Below are positions 17,691-22,338 of a DNA stretch of 22,338 nt, piece after piece (position 1 is the first letter of the stretch; every line of letters starts with the position of its first letter). The stretch lies in the NCBI GenBank assembly GCA_000960865.2, contig JZWU02000027.1, forward strand, positions 1 to 22,338, written 5' to 3'. The notes under the pieces were generated by a model. It saw nothing but the letters and a program-made list of their open reading frames with translations. It had not been told where the DNA came from and did not search any database. The position numbers were made by a program, and so were the translations under genes. The DNA is from Vulcanisaeta sp. AZ3. Lineage in GTDB: Archaea; Thermoproteota; Thermoprotei; Thermoproteales; Thermocladiaceae.

Positions 17691-17805
17691 GATCTTATAT
17701 CAAAACTTTACAGCTCTATTAAAAGGATAAATACAAACTCAAGGTTTTCTAGGGGTCCTAGTTCCTCAAAAATTAATTAATTCCCCTTACTGATTATTAT
17801 TGTTA

Positions 17806-18291
17806 ATGAATGTACCCAGAGTTAGGGACATAATGAGGGAAGTACCTATAACTGTTAGAGATAACGAGCCTTTAATAAACGTATTGAGGATAATGCGTGA
17901 TAAAAATATAGGCTCCATGATAATCACTGATGAAGGAGGCAAAGCCCTTGGTGTATTCACGGAGAGAGACTTAGTGAGGCTTGTCGCTAATAACGAGGAC
18001 GTTAGTTCGTTCACGATTGGCGATGTAATGACAAGGACTGTCATTGCTGTAGAAGCTGATGCAAGCTTAATAAAGGCGGTTCACATAATGGCTAAGCACG
18101 GTATTAGGCACTTGCCGGTCATTGATAGTAATGGTAAGGTCGTGGGAATAATATCTATTAGAGATGCAGCAATAACCCTGGCGAGACTTCTCGTGGACAT
18201 AGGCATAGGAAGCCTCGAGATAACGGAGGAGGAAGTAAGCATGATTAGGGAGATGGTGAATACTAACGTTAATGAAGGATGGGGATTATGA
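17806..18291 (+). CDS. Tandem CBS-domain protein
   Basis: VRDIM..VPITV, MRDKNIGS, GVFTERDL, DVMTR, MAKHGIRHLPV, GIISIRD. Start is ATG 17806 or TTG 17800. Confidence 0.93.
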   Translation: MNVPRVRDIMREVPITVRDNEPLINVLRIMRDKNIGSMIITDEGGKALGVFTERDLVRLVANNEDVSSFTIGDVMTRTVIAVEADASLIKAVHIMAKHGIRHLPVIDSNGKVVGIISIRDAAITLARLLVDIGIGSLEITEEEVSMIREMVNTNVNEGWGL

Positions 18292-18354
18292 CGGTATCAT
18301 TAGGAGGTTAAGCTAAACGATTCATAACCGTAAATAGTCCAGATAGAGCCTTAA

Positions 18355-19287
18355 TTATAGCATCATCACGTATGGCAATAATATCGGCAGCATCATTGTT
18401 ATTACAAAGCCACTTATAAATGCTGTGAATCCGCTAATCTCACCCATGTAGATCTTATAGATAGGTAGTGTATCATCCATAGCTGTCGCCCCACCCACAG
18501 AGATTAAAGATAAATCTCTAAAACCACCAATGACGATTAAAGGCACGATTAAGTATGTGAACTGCTCCCTAAGAAAATTCGCTAGAAAGGCTAGTGTGCC
18601 GATGGTAGGTCCGAACTTAACACTGAGGAGGGGTCCGGCAAGTGAGTACCAGCCCATCCCCATGGATATCCCTAATGATGCAGGTAATGGTAACCCAACT
18701 ATGTAATGCATTATTAACCCACCTATAGCACTACCGAGTATTGATATTACACCAATAATAATACCCACAGATCCCTGTACCAAGAGGGATGTGTTTAATG
18801 AGGAGCCTATGTCCAGTCCAACTACAATAATAAGTGCTAAGAGTTCAATTACTATTGCGTAATTAACGTAATTAGTAATGAGAGGAGACTTAATATAATA
18901 ACCCATAAGCCAGCCAATGACTAATACGGCTAATAATATTATTGGCAACCTAACACCCGGCCTTTCAGTACTATTAATAGAACTCCCAAAGGATTTGGGA
19001 TACCTAGACCTTAAGAGCATGCCTATGGGCATGGTCGTAATGATACTCATGATTATAGACACAAGCGCGTATGCCACTGCATAAACCACAATGCTAGTAA
19101 CATAAGTACTTGAAACAACATTACCTGCCCAAAGAGCCATTGTGAACACGAGGATCATAACTATGTATTGCAGATAAGAACCTATATTAAGCAACCTTAT
19201 TGGCTTCCTAACTAAGTATCCTATTACCATTGTTATTGGGAATATTACCAGGAATAAATCACCAATAAGCTCAGCAAGGTTAACCAC
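18355..19287 (-). CDS. LysO/YbjE (DUF340) lysine-exporter family membrane protein
   Basis: GMGWYSLAGP, AFLANFLRE, SVGGATAMDDTLP, AFISGFVIT; many TM segments. Confidence 0.88.
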   Translation of the reverse strand: MVNLAELIGDLFLVIFPITMVIGYLVRKPIRLLNIGSYLQYIVMILVFTMALWAGNVVSSTYVTSIVVYAVAYALVSIIMSIITTMPIGMLLRSRYPKSFGSSINSTERPGVRLPIILLAVLVIGWLMGYYIKSPLITNYVNYAIVIELLALIIVVGLDIGSSLNTSLLVQGSVGIIIGVISILGSAIGGLIMHYIVGLPLPASLGISMGMGWYSLAGPLLSVKFGPTIGTLAFLANFLREQFTYLIVPLIVIGGFRDLSLISVGGATAMDDTLPIYKIYMGEISGFTAFISGFVITMMLPILLPYVMML

Positions 19288-19374
19288 GAATTCCAGAAAC
19301 AGTTTCTCCTTTTATTTCTTAACAAATAGTTATTTATTATTGGTCAGTTTTTAATTGAAATTAGGAGTATTTTT

Positions 19375-20331
19375 ATGAGTAATGAGGAAATAGGTCTCGA
19401 GGATGTAGAGGGTATTGGACCGAAGACAGCCCAATTATTAAGAGCCAAGGGAATACTTAGTGTTAAGCATCTGGCAATTTTCAATCCAGAGGAGCTCATC
19501 GAGTTAACGGACATGACCCCAGACAGAGTTGAGAAGGTCTTAAGAGCTGCAAGAGATCTTGTCTTTGGTAATAATAGGATTGCCAGGGCAACAGATTTGG
19601 CTAAGAATTTCGAGGGAATAATTAGGTTAAGGACTAGCGTCAGAGCCATTGATGAATTACTACAGGGTGGTTTAGAGCCAAAGGCTATTTACGAGTTTGC
19701 TGGTGAATTTGGCACAGGCAAAACGCAGCTTTGTCATCAACTTGCTGTGACAGTCCAACTTGATAAGGATAGGGGTGGTGTTAGTGGAGCGGCAGTTTAC
19801 CTAGATACAGAGGAGGCCTTCTCACCGAGTAGGGTGGTGAGTATAGCTCAGAGGTTTGGTTTGGATACGAATGAGGCCTTAGACAATGTATATGTTATTA
19901 AGGTTGTAAATGCTGCGGATCTTGAGGATAGGGTTAAGTTTGATGTGGTTAAGCTTGTGGAGCAGTCAAATGTTAAATTAGTAATTGTTGACTCAATAAT
20001 AGCTCTATACAGAGCTGAATTTAGAGGCAGGGAGAGGCTTGCGGAGAGGCAACAAAGGCTTAATTACATACTCGACTGGCTCATGAGGATAGCTAAGACG
20101 TACAATATCTATGTGGTACTAACGAACCAAGTGCTCGACGTACCAATGGGCTATATTGAGGTTAAGAGGCCCGCAGGTGGTAATGTCTTAGCCCACGCAG
20201 TTACGCATAGATTATTCCTCAGGAAATCCAAGGAGGATATTAAGACAATGGAGGTGCTGGACTCCCCAAGGCTACCCTTCAAGGCAAGTGCTATGTTTAG
20301 AATTACAGATAAGGGTATTGAGGATGTATGA
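19375..20331 (+). CDS. radA: RadA-family recombinase, probably a divergent RadA paralog
   Basis: N-terminal HhH (GIGPKTAQLL), Walker A GEFGTGKT, YLDTE, Walker B LVIVDS, RAEFRGRERLAERQQ, TNQV, DSPRLP, F.ITDKGIED. Confidence 0.85.
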   Translation: MSNEEIGLEDVEGIGPKTAQLLRAKGILSVKHLAIFNPEELIELTDMTPDRVEKVLRAARDLVFGNNRIARATDLAKNFEGIIRLRTSVRAIDELLQGGLEPKAIYEFAGEFGTGKTQLCHQLAVTVQLDKDRGGVSGAAVYLDTEEAFSPSRVVSIAQRFGLDTNEALDNVYVIKVVNAADLEDRVKFDVVKLVEQSNVKLVIVDSIIALYRAEFRGRERLAERQQRLNYILDWLMRIAKTYNIYVVLTNQVLDVPMGYIEVKRPAGGNVLAHAVTHRLFLRKSKEDIKTMEVLDSPRLPFKASAMFRITDKGIEDV

Positions 20332-20377
20332 GTCTAAAATTTAACTTAATAAGCCACTAAACATTAATTCTTCGATA

Positions 20378-21556
20378 ATGCCTGCGAACCTGCCACCCGA
20401 GGCCAAGGCAAAGTGGCTTAAGGTAATGGAGGCAAGAACACCTGAGGAGAAGCTGAGAGCTCTTGAGGAATTCTTAAGTACGGTGCCGAAGCATAAGGGT
20501 ACAGAGAATCTCGTTCACTGGGCTAGGAGGAGGATGGCGCAATTACGTAGAGAGATTGAGGAGAAAAAGCGTAAGGAGAGATCCAGTGGGTCGGGTGGCG
20601 GGTCCAACATATACGTGGAGAAGGAGGGCGATGCGCAAGTTGTGATTGTTGGTCCACCTTCCTCAGGTAAGTCGAGCTTCCTTAAGTGTCTGACGAATGC
20701 TAGGGTTGAACCTGACGATATACCATACTCATCGCAAGAGCCGATACCTGGAATGTTCATTCACGACAATGTGTACTTCCAACTGGTAAAGTTACCATCA
20801 ATAAATCTCGAAAATCCGGATACTGATTTAAACACGCTTACGCTTTCAATGGTTAGGAATGCCGATGGTGTACTACTGCTTCTTGATGCAACTATGGATG
20901 TGGAGGCTCAATACGTTGCCATAAGGAATATGTTTAGGGAGAATGGCATATACATAACGAGACCTAGGGGGTTTGTAACAATTGAGAGGAGGCCTACTGG
21001 TGGAATTCAAGTGGTTGGCAGGCTTGTTAATGGCACGAGCGATGACGTTAGGAAATTACTGATTAGTTATGGCATAAATAATGCCTTAGTTACAATCAAT
21101 GGTGAAGCTACGATAGATGATGTAGAGGAATCAATATTTAGAGAAACCGTTTATAAGCCGACGCTCATTATTATAAATAAGGTTGATCTAGTTGATTACG
21201 ATTATGTGAAGGCCATAATTAATAAGTTGAGCAGTGAGGTTATTATATTAACAGCATCATTAATCAATTGCCAAATTGAATCTAAGGTTCTCGGTGAGTC
21301 TCTGCTCAAGATCATGGACCTAATCAAGGTCTATACTAAGGAGGTCAATGCAAATACATACTCGCCAAAACCCTTCGTGCTAAAGAGGGGGTCTACGGTT
21401 GGTGATTTAGCGAAGAGAATACATAGTAGGCTTTATGAGAGGTTAAGATATGCGAGGGTTTGGAGGATTGATAAGTTCCCCATGGGTGTTAAGAGGGTTG
21501 GTTTAAATTATGTTCTTGACGATGGTGATGTTGTAGAAATACACTCATCGCTATGA
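20378..21556 (+). CDS. DRG/OBG-family GTP-binding protein with C-terminal TGS domain (G2/G3 degenerate)
   Basis: MPANLPPEAKAKW, VPKHKGTE, G1 GPPSSGKS, RNADG, G4 NKVD, TGS (IKVYTKE...GSTVGDLAKRIH...YARVW...DGDVVEIH). Confidence 0.9.
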   Translation: MPANLPPEAKAKWLKVMEARTPEEKLRALEEFLSTVPKHKGTENLVHWARRRMAQLRREIEEKKRKERSSGSGGGSNIYVEKEGDAQVVIVGPPSSGKSSFLKCLTNARVEPDDIPYSSQEPIPGMFIHDNVYFQLVKLPSINLENPDTDLNTLTLSMVRNADGVLLLLDATMDVEAQYVAIRNMFRENGIYITRPRGFVTIERRPTGGIQVVGRLVNGTSDDVRKLLISYGINNALVTINGEATIDDVEESIFRETVYKPTLIIINKVDLVDYDYVKAIINKLSSEVIILTASLINCQIESKVLGESLLKIMDLIKVYTKEVNANTYSPKPFVLKRGSTVGDLAKRIHSRLYERLRYARVWRIDKFPMGVKRVGLNYVLDDGDVVEIHSSL

Positions 21557-21595
21557 CGTGAATCCTTATTAATTTCCATAAGCAATAACTAATCA

Positions 21596-22063
21596 ATGAA
21601 TTCATCTTATGACGAATGTATAAGGCTTCTTAGGGAGGTGCTTGAGCGCTTAGAAGCGATTGAGGGTGAGCTTGACATGATTAGGGAGGAAATTAAGGAA
21701 TTACAGAGTGGGGGGCGTGAGAGAACCGTTTCTGGGACGTTCCAGGAGGGTAGGGGCTTGATTAAGGTGATAAGTGATAACTTATTTCTCGATACTAAGG
21801 ATATTGTTGCTAAAGGTCTTTTAAGGAGGTTGATAGCTAATGGTAGGCTTGTCTTGCTTAGGGATGAGACTGCTAGTAGGGAGGTGGTTACTACGAAGGA
21901 GGTTGTTAGGAACTTATTGAGTAAGTTGCCCATATCTGTGAATGACATTGATAAACTTAGTGATAGGGAGTATGAGTTATTGCTCATACTAAATAGGTTG
22001 GGTTATGTATTACTTAGGGATAATAAGTACGTAGTCACTGAGGCTGCAAAGGAATTTATTTAA
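21596..22063 (+). CDS. Hypothetical protein with N-terminal coiled coil and possible helix-turn-helix C-terminal region
   Basis: 155 aa, genome-typical codon usage, heptads LREVLERLEAIEGELDMIREEIKEL; lies in the same-strand run between the GTPase and rfcS. Confidence 0.7.
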   Translation: MNSSYDECIRLLREVLERLEAIEGELDMIREEIKELQSGGRERTVSGTFQEGRGLIKVISDNLFLDTKDIVAKGLLRRLIANGRLVLLRDETASREVVTTKEVVRNLLSKLPISVNDIDKLSDREYELLLILNRLGYVLLRDNKYVVTEAAKEFI

Positions 22064-22089
22064 AGGAGGCGTGACATCAATAGTATAAA

Positions 22090-22338
22090 ATGTTCTCTAC
22101 TGAGGTATTGTGGGTTGAGAAGTATAGGCCTTATAGGATTGATGATATTATTAATCAGGAACATGTAAAGGCGAGAATAAAGGAGTTACTAGCCGTGAAT
22201 GATTTACCCCACTTATTATTCTTCGGTCCTCCTGGTACTGGTAAGACTACTATGGCTCTTGCTATTGCTCATGAGTTGTATGGTGATGCTTGGCGTGAGA
22301 ATGTTTTAGAGTTGAATGCAAGTGATGAAAGAGGCATA
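22090..22338 (+). CDS. rfcS: Replication factor C small subunit, N-terminal part (runs off the window)
   Basis: Translates as [14 protein letters not shown]...DDIINQEH...[16 protein letters not shown]...[12 protein letters not shown]; not in the ORF track because it is truncated. Confidence 0.95.
   Translation, partial: MFSTEVLWVEKYRPYRIDDIINQEHVKARIKELLAVNDLPHLLFFGPPGTGKTTMALAIAHELYGDAWRENVLELNASDERGI

Noticed and set aside
21607-21987. 126-aa minus-strand ORF
   Set aside because: It is a Ser/Leu-rich shadow of the plus-strand gene 21596-22063.
22225-22338. Possible intein in rfcS at the Walker A site
   Set aside because: The sequence continues GKTTMALA with no insertion in the visible part.

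Overview
Archaeal chromosomal window, most consistent with a Thermoproteales crenarchaeon such as Vulcanisaeta or Caldivirga (inferred from gene content and codon style, not from a database match). It starts inside a very large S-layer-like surface glycoprotein gene. Next come a decayed IS200/IS605-like remnant and a secreted S53 (sedolisin/kumamolisin) protease. A minus-strand cluster follows: HDAC-family deacetylase, an unannotated box C/D sRNA, a 174-aa stand-alone copy of the S-layer C-terminal anchor module, and MobA-like and CobY-like nucleotidyltransferases. A plus-strand cluster encodes Rqc2/NEMF, a Mut7-C RNase, an AMMECR1 protein and a thioredoxin-like/Cys-rich protein. The rest is rpl35Ae, a long stand-alone A-ATPase subunit I, a CBS protein, a LysO exporter, a divergent RadA, a motif-degenerate DRG/TGS GTPase, a hypothetical protein and the start of rfcS. 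The strongest leads are the shared GYYVPGxGFxP-TM-EYxNWRR anchor/sorting module, the box C/D guide RNA, the TnpB-end remnant, and several conserved-family proteins with altered signature motifs. No searches were run; all calls are from reading the sequence.
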